A stretch of DNA of 64,000 bases. Source: Psammoneis japonica. Lineage: Eukaryota. The notes below the pieces were generated by a model, which was not told where the DNA came from, did not search any database, and worked only from the letters and a program-made list of their open reading frames with translations. This document shows positions 36,130 to 47,411 of this stretch, one piece after another. Position 1 is the first letter of the stretch. Each line of letters begins with the position of its first letter. The position numbers and the translations under genes were made by a program. The stretch covers positions 62,001-126,000 of the forward strand of contig QPGO01000067.1 of the NCBI GenBank assembly GCA_008632985.1, given 5' to 3'.

Positions 36130-36380
36130 GGCAAAATTTGACGTGCAAGTTTCAAATCTGAGATGAAGAGAGATTGCTTTCTTTGTGCAACAAAGACAGC
36201 ACTTTTGCACAATTCAGACACAGTGTTTTTACTTGCCTTTGTGCCACCTAGAAACTGCATTGGGTGCCAGTTTCAAGACTGCTCATTTTGTGGGGGAATG
36301 TGTTCTGTGTCCTTGACTTTCAGAAGCCTCCTTGTTGTTTCATTGCAACTTCTGGAAAGTTCCAAGCTGCCTTCAATTCA
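36130..36380 (-). pseudogene. Possible histone-fold protein remnant
   Basis: FPEVAMK / RRLLKVKD / LKLAPNAVS / VSELCKSAVFVAQRKQSLFISDLKLARQIL, read across frameshifts, resembles histone-fold helices 2-3. Confidence 0.35.
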
Positions 36381-39300
36381 TGTTTGTTGCTGCAGTGCAA
36401 GAGATCATTGCCTTCTGGTGGTGCCAACATGGACAGGGCTTGTCATCACAAGCTTGTCATCCTTCAAAACAAGCTTGCCATTTTTCAAACCAAGCCTGGC
36501 TGCACTTCTTTTTTGTTTTTGCATCTTTCAAGTGACAGAGAGCTGCATGATTTGTGGTGCATTGCCTGTCAGCAAAGCTCAGTGCCCCCACTTTCAAAAA
36601 CTTCATTTTCCACCCTGCTCAAAAAGCAGATGTCACAGCACAACACATTGTCATTGTGTCAAACACACCTGCAGGGGCAAACAACATCAGTCTCTTGTTT
36701 TGACATGATCTGCATTGTCTCACAGCCAAATGGGCTGCTGGTCATTGTTTCACAGCAAACATCTTTCCAGGGGGGTGTCAAGTGTGTTGTGAGGGTGCTG
36801 AAGAGCAAACCTCTCAAAGGTTGTTGTTGGTGAGAAAGACTCTGTTGCATCTCCCACCTGTGTTGCATCAATTCTGTGTCTGTTGCAATCATCAGCTTGA
36901 TGATGTTGCACCTGGAGCAGGCAAAAAAGCCCCAGCATGGTCCATGTGCAAGAACGGTGCAAAAGAAACAACTCCTGACCATGGTTGAGTTTCAGCTGAT
37001 TGTCGTTGGCAAACATGTGTCTGCACAACCACATCCCCACAGCTGCTGTTGGACCTCTAAATGTGCACAAATGATCATCAGCCAAACATGAGTGCCAGTG
37101 GCAACTTTCCCAGTTGTTTTCAAAAGCAGGTAGACAGGGCACTCTCTGACGCTTGTGAGCATCCTCCATGAGTGCTGGAGCCCCATGTGCTGAATGACAT
37201 GGTTGATTGCTTGCAACACATCTCACACATGTTGCCCACAAAACCCTGGACCAACCAGACTCTGTCAGTTAATCTGCACCATGCAGTGCACAGGCCAGCT
37301 CAACAAAGGCACTTGACAAACTTTGACAGCTCTTTCAGATGCACAGCACAAACAAGTTGTCACATGCAACAACTGATGGTTGTCAACAGTTTGGAGAGTT
37401 TGTTTTTGGCATGCAAGCACAAACCCACATGGGGCTCCATGTCATGAGCCACTCTGTGCAGCACCCCCAGCACACAGAGATCCAGATGAACATCCACCAA
37501 CCCTGTGGGTGGAGACATGAGAAACAATGATGGCACATCATGAATCAGCAGGCTGTGGTTTGAAGCTGCTTCTAACTTTTTAAGTTGTTCCTTTGCACAG
37601 CACTCAACAATGTCTCACAAGCATGACATGTGCATCGTCAGATGTGCACTCCAGCTCCAGCCCTGAGGCTGGGTGTCACCTTGGGTGCACAGCTGGAATT
37701 TCATGTGCAAAACTCTGTGTGCAGCAAGGTTGTTTGGCAATGAACAAGTGAGTGATTGCCAGCAGTTTGCACAAACTTCTGCACACTTAAAGTGTTGCTT
37801 CATCTTCAGCAGTGCACTGGCAGTGTGAGGCGCCACCAAGAGCTGGTTTTGGTTGGTCTGCAGGTGCAATTTCTCTTTTGTCAAGTGCAGGAACAACTGC
37901 AAACTTGTGGTGATTTTTCAGTGCCTTTGGAACTTCAATTGAAAAGTTTCCTGCACCCTCTTCTTGGGCCATTTTGATCACCCTGCTCTAAAATCATTCA
38001 ATGCAAAGAGGTCGCCACCAAATCCTCCATGTCCAAATCAGTGTGTGTTGTCATTTCTGTGTCACACAGATCTGTTTTACAGTTGCTTGTGTGTGAACTT
38101 TCCACGGTGCATCAAAGACCTGCAATGATCTCCCATGAATGAAACAGGTCTGTTTTGGAAAGAAATGCCTCGTTGTTCACCATTTTTTACAGCACATGTC
38201 AAACATCCACTGCTTGCATTGTTGATTGATGCTGCTTCTGCAATTTTGCAAAGTTGAAAGAAGTCATCAAAACAACAACCATGCAACACCATTCCCCACA
38301 TGGAACATCACAGCATCATCAAAAAGATTAAAATGTTTTCTGCCATTTTGGTGTGGAATGTGGAGCAGAACACTCAGTCATGAAGCTCAGATTCCAAAGT
38401 TGATCTTTTGGCAGCACGCAGATCTGCAGAGAGCAAAAGGGGCCTCAAAGAGCTTGCAAGTTGGAGCAACTTGGGTCAGACTTCAGAGCAAGCAAACTGC
38501 TCCTGTTGCCTCATTTGGCACAAGGTGCATTTTTTGTTTCACAACACATGGTGCCAATCTGTGCCATGTGGGGCACAGGGGTCATGCCAGCATTTTGAGC
38601 ATCTGCACACTCAGCTGAGTGGTTGTTCAGAAATGTTGCACATGCATGAGTGCTGAGAGAGAGCTGCACTCAGTCAGAGAGAGAGAGAGCATTTGATTTG
38701 AACTTGCTGTTTGACAATGGGGGCATCTTGTTCTTTTGTGCATGGCAAAGTTGTTTTGCAAACCAAGAAGAGCAACACAGCTGCCAGGCAGAGGCATGTG
38801 GGCAGCCTTTCAGCGCAGCAAGTGTCTGGGTGGGCAGTGCAAGGCAACAAGAGCAACAGTCAAGACAAATCACATTCTCAGCAGACTCCTTGATTGGAGC
38901 ACAAGGCAAACTTTGTGCTTGGATTGGTGCCCTCACTCTGTGTCATGTGTGCACCTCTCATCTCCAGAGCTAGACATGAAGGGCTTGCCTGAGCCTTGCA
39001 CTCAGTGGCCCCATTTGGCACCCATCTGTGATGTGTGCAACACTTGCACCCCATCATGAGATTTGCATCTGTTGTGGACTTCAAACAAGAATGCCCTGGC
39101 TGCTGCCCCTCTTTGTCAATGTTGAGTGGCACACTTGTGCTCTGGCCAGCAGTGGTGCTGGGGCAGCTCTTCACACGATGGACACAAAAGAAATGTTGCA
39201 CCAGCTCCTCCATCTGATGCAAGTCATGACCTGACAAGCCTGTGGGTTGGGTGGCATTGCTGGGTGCAAGGGAAAGCAACATGTGGATGAATTTCTGAAC

Positions 39301-39490
39301 GCAGCACTTTTGTTGTTTGTGCATTCATTGGTGCATGGCAGTTGCTCTCAGCACTCAGCAAACCACCATCAAATCTTTTGAATTCAAGTCAAAAGTGTGC
39401 AGAATGATGCCAAAATGCTCACATGCACACTCCACACAAAAATGTGCTTCATGCCAAAAATGAAACTCCTGCCCAGAAGCTCTCAAAATC

Positions 39491-39668
39491 AGAGCTCATC
39501 CAAGCTCCTGACATCAGCAATGCTCACCATGGAAAACTGTCAACTGTTGACATGTGAATTGCCAGTCACCAACAGCTTCCTTTTTCCTTGCCACTTTTTC
39601 AGTTCACCACAGGAGAGCAACTCGTGTGATCTAAACAATCACTCACTTTTCACACTTCTCCACTTTTG
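39491..39668 (+). repeat. 5' LTR-like direct repeat
   Basis: gagctcatccaagct..acatcagcaatgctcacc..ttccttgccac..ggagagca..atcactcacttttcacac..ccactttt matches 44351-44518. It is followed by tggtgc, a possible primer-binding site. Confidence 0.7.
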
Positions 39669-41708
39669 GGTGGTGCTTTGACAGTCATTTGAACACATCA
39701 CATCAACCACAACCAATCCCCCACCAAGCAAATGCTTGAAATCATAATCTGTGGATGAGTCCCTTGCTTGCAAATCCTGTGTCCAAACATTCACCCTGAA
39801 GAAGCATGTGTCACACGCCCATGGTTGCACCACCTTCACATCCTGCCCAGCCATCACCACTGACATGAGAAATGTTGAACGCTGCCTCACATTTCACATG
39901 ACAAAAATGCTTTGGCCAGTGCATCCAGAGATGTCCCCTGCTGACCATCTCAACATCATGGACAATTTGACCAATTCTGCCAGCACCATTGACATCCAAA
40001 CCAACAAGCACAAGACTGTTGACAAAAGGTCCCTCAAGAAACCAGCAAATCTCCAGGTGCCATCTCATCATGATGCTGGAGGCAACATCATCCCAAACTG
40101 TCTCTTGACAGTGCAGGCATCACCAAGCCCATCCAGGATGGCCCAACAGCAGACCGCCACCATGATGACATCATGTGTGCACCACGACCATCATCAACCT
40201 TGGCTCTTTGCATGGCAACAGGAATCTTGCCATTGCATTCTTCATCTGCTGACTGCCCATGAACAACACTCAACCACTCAACACAGCCAGAAACCCTGCA
40301 AATGTGTGCACTTTCAGCAGTCCTGGCAATTGCATGACCCCACCACCAGAGCAGGATCATCAAGACCTTGCTCACCAACCCAAATGAAGCCACACCATCT
40401 GCTGAACTTGTTGGTGCCATTGTCAACTCCCTCATCATCAGCACCAGCTGCAAACACACTCTACAGTCTGCAGGATGGTCTCTTGTCCATTGCTCCTGCA
40501 TTCATTTCCTGTTCATTGACGACCCATTCAAGATGATCAATCACATGCATCAAGTCAATGACCCATCTGATGATGCCATTGTCAAGTCCACCATCCAGGA
40601 ACACCATGACAACTGCAATTTTGACCTGCCAACCCTCACAAATCAGACACATGTGCAATGGCAGTGGAACCCACTGTGTCTCTTCATTGACAATCTTGAC
40701 TCTCAGATCTGCCAAAAGATCAGGGCAAAAAGACTCCACAGTCATGTGGAGACTGTGTCCCTCCTCTGCTCTGAACAAGCCAGACTCATCCAAGCTGCTT
40801 TCACAGCAACTGAGACAGCCAAGTTGAATCTCACCACTGATTGTCTGTTCATCCAAGGCAAGCTCCGCAAGACTCATGGCTTTGTGACTGTTGCTCAGCA
40901 GCCAACCATCCAACAACCTCTTGTCTCCAATGCACCCACTGTGGCCAAAGCAGCGGCCAAGGATCAAACTGTCATTGCACTCCCAGTGCTGCCAAGAGTG
41001 CCCCCAATCATCAGAAATTCATGGGCAAGTCAGGTTGCTGGGGGTGTGGAGCTGCAGAACCCCTCCACTGTGATTCCAAGACAAAAACAATTGTCTGTCC
41101 TTACACCAATGAGCCAGAGATTCACAAGAATGCTGTGTGTGCAAGGATTTCAACAAGTGCATGAAGAAGCACCATGGTGGCAATTGTCGCACACTCAAAA
41201 TCTTTCTCACACCAGCAACCTTCTCCTGTTGGCACTCCCATCTCCAAAGTCTAAATCCAGAGGCAATGACCAGCTCGCTGGTCTCATTGTCAACTCAAGC
41301 AAGCAATCCTTGGGCAGATCCAACAACAAACATGAGAGAGCAACTCCAAGTCAGTCATCACTCTTCACATGCACATCTGACAGTCCATGTCAAGAAACCT
41401 TCCTCAACTCCCCATCCTGGTGAACAACATGCTGCATCATGTCGTGCTTCAACTTGGCCTTCCCAATGGTGCATTCAACCCATGTGCTGTTGTTGATGGT
41501 GCTGCTGCTCTCATGTGCAGCAACAGCAATTGTGGGGTGCCCACATTGCAAAGGTGCACCCCCTGAGCCAGCCAAGACAGCACTTGTCATGTCAAGGGTT
41601 GTTGCTCACTCATCACACTGATGACAAAATTGCGGTCAACATGTGTCTTTTCATTTCCTTGATTCTGTCTGCCCTGCAACACCAAAAGTCTCTGAAAATC
41701 AATGTGGG

Positions 41709-41907
41709 AAAGAGCATTTCCATGAACCCGTAGAAAAATGCCGATTTCGAATTTTTTAGCTCGAAAAACAGCCGACAACACTGATGAAGCGAAAGCGAAA
41801 GCTCACATCATCGAGCTTTGTATGTCAGGCAACTCTCAATAGATTGCTGTTATGCTGAAGGCTGTTGGTGCATTAGACAACCCCGAAAAAAGAGCATTTC
41901 CATGAAC
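41709..41907. repeat. Insert of about 160 bp retaining CG and TA, flanked by a 19-bp direct repeat
   Basis: aaagagcatttccatgaac at 41709-41727 and at 41889-41907. Confidence 0.85.
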
Positions 41908-44350
41908 TGCACTGTCGCCATGAGCTTCATCTCAACAGCCAAGTTGGTCATGGACTTTTTGAAGATGACACAGTTGATTTTAAACTGCATGATTGTGATC
42001 TCCATTTCCCATGGAATTCCACAGCCTGGCTTGCTCAGCTTTGAAGCTGCTCCCTTGCAATGAGTGGGCATCATCCAGCTCAAATCTTGTCACAGATGGG
42101 AGAGATTGACAAGTTTGTCAAGAACTGCTCCTGTGACACAGAACCTGGCACTGGTGCTTTCACCTCACAGATCTCCCCAAAAGTCTGTTTTGATCTTGGT
42201 CCATCCATGACCACCATTTCTGGTCAGCACCGTGCACCACACATCTCAGCATCATGCATGATGTCAAAGTCACTTGCAAGTGATGATTTCACATCACATC
42301 ATGTCACACATCTTGACATTGCTCAAACACACTGTTGACATCCTGAACACACCTCCATTGCAGGGTCAAATGATCAACATTCCTGAAGCACCACATCATG
42401 CCAAGAAGCCCAACCTGTTTGAAAGACAGAATGTGCCAGACACTGAAGACAACTTTTGTCTCCTCCTTCATGAGGCTTGAGTTGGCAAAGTCATCAGAAA
42501 GAAGACTCATCTGAATGCACGGACCTGGACATTGACCCCAACTTCACTTCTTGAACCTTCAATCCAGCCCAAGACACCAAAGAGCTGAAAAAAAATCTAC
42601 AACTTGATGAGGATTTGTGCCAGAGGATGTCAAGTCTTGTGTCATTGAGCTCATCAAAAAGCATCATTGTTGCTGCTGCTGCAAAGAAAACATCAAAATC
42701 CCCATCCAGGACTGTGAATGCATTGTCAACACAGGTGCAGCAAAACCAACAGCAGCCAAGAACATCCAATGCAGCCTTCACAAAACCTCTGTCATGAATG
42801 AAGCAATTGATGCCCTGCTGGAGAATGGACACATCATCCCCAACACATCAAGGGGGTGGCTGTCAAGGATCATTCTTGCCCCCAAGCCACACCAGGAAGA
42901 CATCACAGACATCAATGAATTTGTCTGGCAATTCTGTCTTGGTTGTGTCAACCTCAACCAAATGACAAAGGCAGCCTCACATTGAACTCCTTGCTGTGAT
43001 GATGCCACAGAGCACAGTGTTTCAGCTCCACCTCACATTTGTTCCTGCTCAACTTCTTCAATGGATGCCTTCAATGGATGCCATCAAATCAAGATGGGGG
43101 CACTGTCAGCTGCTAAAACTGCATTTGCTGCCCCCCCAAAGGCCAAAAGTGTCAGCACACCATCATGCCTTTCAGAGTTGTGAACAGGCCCACCACACGT
43201 GTTGCAACGGCACACAACGTGAAGGACAGCTGGGACAATGAAGCCAAAGTCATGGGTGTCACACTCAATGACAGTGATGGCTGGTCCTTCACATTGCCTG
43301 CCATCACAACTTGTCTTGAAACTTGAAAAAAATGCCTTTTCTTCCCAAAATCAGTCAAGTTTGTGGATCATGTTCTCACCACTTTGGGCCATTCCAAGAG
43401 TGGATTGCTCAGATGTTGGAAGCAACCTGGAAACATGTGAGACATCTCCAGCTTCATCTGCTTCTTTGGCAGCTTGTGTCAACAGCACATTCCATCATGC
43501 TTTGCGGACCAAGCAAGCACCAATCTATGAGTCAGTCAAGAACCATGACTTCAGCTGCAAGATCAAGGACTCCAAACAGACCGATGCCCTCAACAGTGAG
43601 TTTGAAGATCATTTTAAATCCACCATCTTGTCAAAACCATTGCTCTGTTGAGTTGATCACAACAAGAGACCATGCCTGCATGCTGACTTCTTGGGATGAG
43701 AGATGGCCCATGCACTCCTCCAGCCCAGAGATGATGAAGCATCCTTGGCAGGCCTCAAACCTCACATCAGAGAAGGAGTGCCCTTTGCTGGGTGATTTGT
43801 GAAAACTCTCATGTGGTCCATGGACAGCCACTTGCCAATGTTGGAGACTGCTGCAGACTGATGTGGTGGATCATGTGTTGTGAAGGCTGCCATCCTGCCA
43901 TTGCCAACCACCTGCAAATGAAGCTGGTGTCATTGTGGTTCACTGTTGTCCACCAACCCAACTGCACACTCATCAATGCCGTCCACTTCTCACAATGATG
44001 TGGCCAAGAAATCAACTTGGACCCCATGCTTGCTGGGCACATCTTGACAGCACAAGAGCAACTGGCATCAGACATCTGCTGCTGGCAGCCACACAGGAAC
44101 AGAAGTCAAAGCCAAGAACATGCCTCATTTTTGTTGCAATGCAAAAGCAATCAAACAAGCTGACACCATTGCTGTCCAATCTGGTCCAAGTGAATTGGAA
44201 GAACCGTCATGCTGGAGAACACCCCAGCATCATTTGGCACATCTGGCAAACCAACAGCCCCACCCAGACACTCCGGTGCCTGACTTTTGCCTGGATGTTT
44301 TCAAAAGCTCTTTGGCTTTTGCCATCTTAGTTGATGGGTGGCTTGAAAGT

Positions 44351-44518
44351 GGAGCTCATCCAAGCTAACATCAGCAATGCTCACCTTCAGAAAACCCACA
44401 GCCGCTGGCACATGAGTCACCAGCCCTTTTCCTCTTTCCTTGCCACCTTTTCAGCTCATCGTGGGAGAGCAGCTCACAACCCAGATGATCACTCACTTTT
44501 CACACCACTCCACTTTTA
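44351..44518 (+). repeat. 3' LTR-like direct repeat
   Basis: Matches 39491-39668 and the split copy at 47330-47405 plus 48403-48497. Confidence 0.7.
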
Positions 44519-44805
44519 AGAGCTGTCTGTTCACACTTTCATTTCTGCACATTTTTCTGCTGACAACTTTTTTGTCATTGTGTTGTGCAGCTGCAGCATT
44601 TTTTTCACCACCCATGCGCTGCCATGGGTGGGGATGCTGCAGAAATCATGCAGGTGCCATTTTTAAAAGAAAAACCAACCTTGTTGCCCAAATGGACCAT
44701 GGCGGTCATCAAAGCCGTGACAAAAAAAAGTGTCCTCATGATTCACAAGTCTCAACGTGCAGTCACAATGCACAGGCAACAACCAAATCAACCTGCCATT
44801 TCTCA

Positions 44806-45090
44806 CCAAATTGCTTTTGCACCCTCAGAATCACTGTGTCAGACAGCCCCTTCAAAGCATCACATCTGCCATCATCTGGTTGGGTGGAGTGCACCAAGGG
44901 GCTGTCTTGAACAATGATTTGGTTGAAAATTAAGCAACATCAACACCTGACCAACACACATGATGTTTCATGCCAAATCGCTTTTGCACCCTCAGGATTG
45001 TCATCAAGAGTTGCACTTTTGATGCCACTGTGTCCGCCATCATCACATCAGGTGGGGTGCACCAAAGTGCAACTTTTGGAAGCAATTTCA
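44806..45090. repeat. Two tandem hairpin-forming units
   Basis: Shared ccaaatygcttttgcaccctcag leader and shared loop. Stems are agacagcccctt/aaggggctgtct and agttgcacttt/aaagtgcaact. Confidence 0.7.
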
Positions 45091-45384
45091 TCAAGCAATT
45101 TTGAAATGTCTGCAAATGACCTCACATCTTGTCTGAACATCATGCCGCCATCCAAATGGCACTTTCACAAAGAATTCTTTTGTTTGCCAGAAGTGGAGAC
45201 TGCTGGGAGTTTGTCTGTCAGCAAACAACTTGCCATCATGATGAAAGCTGCGAGGAAAACTTTTTTGCACTCTGAGACTCTGAGACTTTGAGAGTGATTG
45301 ATTCAATCAATTCCATGTTCACAACAAGCAACAAGTGTTCAAAAATGCTGTGTTTTTGGCCTCATCAAGAGGAAGAGTGCCACT

Positions 45385-45740
45385 CTGAGCCACATTGTGG
45401 AGAGGAATGGGTGGCTGCACATGGTTGCTGGTTGCTGTGGATCCACTCTGCCCTGCATCAAGGCCATTTGGGAAATGCCAGAGCAGCACAAGCCAAGAAA
45501 GCTGCCAGACATTGGCCTTCCCAAGATTTTGCTTTCTGGTCTCAAGGATTTGGTTGTGTGGATGACACTCAGCACAACCAATTGGCTTGCCATTTTTGAA
45601 CATGGGTGAGTGTTGCAACATTTCTTGATCAACTCACTTCAAAAAGCTCATGATGGCAGGTTTCTGTGAAGCAGTTGTGGACATGTCAAAGAAGCAAGTG
45701 GAGGATGGGGCGCACATGATTGACGTGGGTGTCAATTGGA
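45385..45740 (+). pseudogene. METH: Cobalamin-dependent methionine synthase fragment (end of Hcy domain and start of pterin domain)
   Basis: NGWLHMVAGCCGST..IKAI..KPRKLP..LLSGL, then FLNMGECCNIS..FKKLMMAG..KKQVEDGAHMIDV. Confidence 0.85.
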
Positions 45741-46519
45741 AAGTGGGAACTCCTGCTTCTGATGCTGCTGTCAACCCAAATGATGCAAAGATGGTTCCAA
45801 CTTGTGTCATGCAAAGTCACATGTGCACGACACTGCCAGATTGGTTGGTGTTTTGTCCATGTTTGTGTGTGTTTTGCAACAATTGTTGCACGCAGCACAA
45901 CACTTGCACAACAAGAACATGGTGCATGGTTTTCCTCTTGACAGAAAACATTTGTTTGAGAGTTGGAATCATGTTGTTTTGTTGGATGTTTCGTGTTTCA
46001 TCCTGCAAACACAACGTGACTGCCTTGCCTGATGATGACCCATCCATGTGTTTGTGTCATTGACAAGAACAAATGGAGGAGTGTTGTCAGTTGGTGCAGG
46101 AACATTTCCATCTGCTGCTGCGGCAAAGCCAATGCACACACCTGATGCAATTGACACCGGCCGGTGACATTTTTGGTGTTGGTTGTTGCATGATGGAACT
46201 CTTTTTGAATGGCGAGCGTGTCACAGAATTGGGAGATTTGATGGAACATCATCAACAGGGCACCTCGACAACTTCACTTCAATCCAATCTGCACAAGAAT
46301 GAATCGTCTTCAACCCAAGCCACCTGTCAACACATGTTGCATTTTTTAAATCCCAAACAGCGACTGTCAGCAAAAAAGCATTTGCAGTGACTCAAACAAC
46401 AACTGCAGGGGAGTGGCAGTGGAAGAGATGGGGCAGCAGGAAAACTGCTTCAACCTTGGATGCATCACAGTCATCATCATTGTCCACTGTTGCTGCCAAC
46501 GTTGAGGCCGTGTGCATGA

Positions 46520-46692
46520 GAACTGAATTGCCACATGGTGCAAAGCTGGCTCGTGAGGCTTGTGTGATGAGGTGATGGCCAAGGATCCCACCAAGCCCGG
46601 TTTTGTCATGTGTGCTCTTGGACCAACAAACAGCACAGGTTCAATTTCTCTTTCAGCAAAAGAGCCGTCTGCCAGAAATGTGACCTTTGACA
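46520..46692 (+). pseudogene. METH: Methionine synthase fragment (middle of Hcy-binding domain)
   Basis: GAKLAREAC / DEVMAKDPTKPGFVMCALGPTNSTGSIS..PSARNVTFD. Confidence 0.85.
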
Positions 46693-47411
46693 AAAGTGAT
46701 GTCGATTTGCCCAGTTGGACCTTGATGACGATGATGGACGAGCCGGGCTCCTGCTGGCATTGCCCAAGGGATGACAGGGAATTTATGTGGATCAGGAAGG
46801 ATGCCAAAGGTGGACATCATGCTTGATGATGTGACCTTGGTTTTGCCATGAAAACGGCATGTGGATTGTTTTGCACTCAGTTGATTTTTACACGGTGAAG
46901 TGTGCGGCAAAAGCGAGAAAAGTGCCGTTTCTTGTTCTCTTCAAGTGCACAGTCAAGTGACTTGGTGGAAACATTGTCAGAGACATGAGAGCTGTCACTT
47001 TTGATGTCGGTCACCATTGGCATTGTAAAAGCCACAATGACACTCCAAAACTGCAAACGAGTCAATGCACGAAAAAGTCAAATGTTTTCAGTCGTGATTG
47101 CACGGCAAAGTGCGGGAAAATGGCAGCCACTTCATCGCTCTCGATCTTGACAAATGCAAGGCCAATGAAGAAGTTATGCCCCGTTCCAAGCACCTCTGAG
47201 CACCCTCTGTCGAATGAGGTGAGTCTCGTTTTTACAGTGATCAGAGGGTCTGTGGTGTTTGCGATCCAAGAAAATTCGTTTCTACGTGATTTCTACGGGC
47301 GTCCCACCCATAGCCCGCTGTTTGGATGTTGCCCAAGCTGACGTCAGCAACGCTCAGCTCCAGAAAACCGTTACATCGGCACATGAATCGCCAATCGAAT
47401 CGCCATGCACA

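Larger units (their letters stand above)
39490..44520 (+). mobile_element. Decayed Ty3/gypsy-like LTR retrotransposon
   Basis: RT motifs at about 42.8-43.2 kb: IDALLENGHI..WLSRIILAPKP..WQFCLGCVNLN, MDAFNGCHQIKM, KTAF, IMPF. An RNase H-like segment lies near 43.7 kb (ALLQPRDDEASLA). Flanked by direct repeats of about 180 bp. Confidence 0.8.
33910..47150. other. Hypermutated block 2: CpG- and TpA-depleted, TpG/CpA-rich
   Basis: Same dinucleotide signature as block 1. Contains gypsy, METH and other remnants. Confidence 0.92.

Noticed and set aside
16790..47150. Hundreds of overlapping 60-350 aa ORFs in the central blocks taken as real genes
   Set aside because: They occur in all six frames, almost lack Tyr, and are the expected by-product of TAA/TAG removal. 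The recognisable parts are frameshifted remnants.
16790..47150. Classical fungal RIP or simple CpG decay as the whole explanation
   Set aside because: RIP raises TpA and lowers CpA, the opposite of what is seen. CpG decay alone does not remove TpA.
16790..47150. Foreign DNA with its own composition or an alternative genetic code
   Set aside because: Homologous copies of the same sequences exist outside the blocks with CG and TA intact, so the bias was acquired in place.
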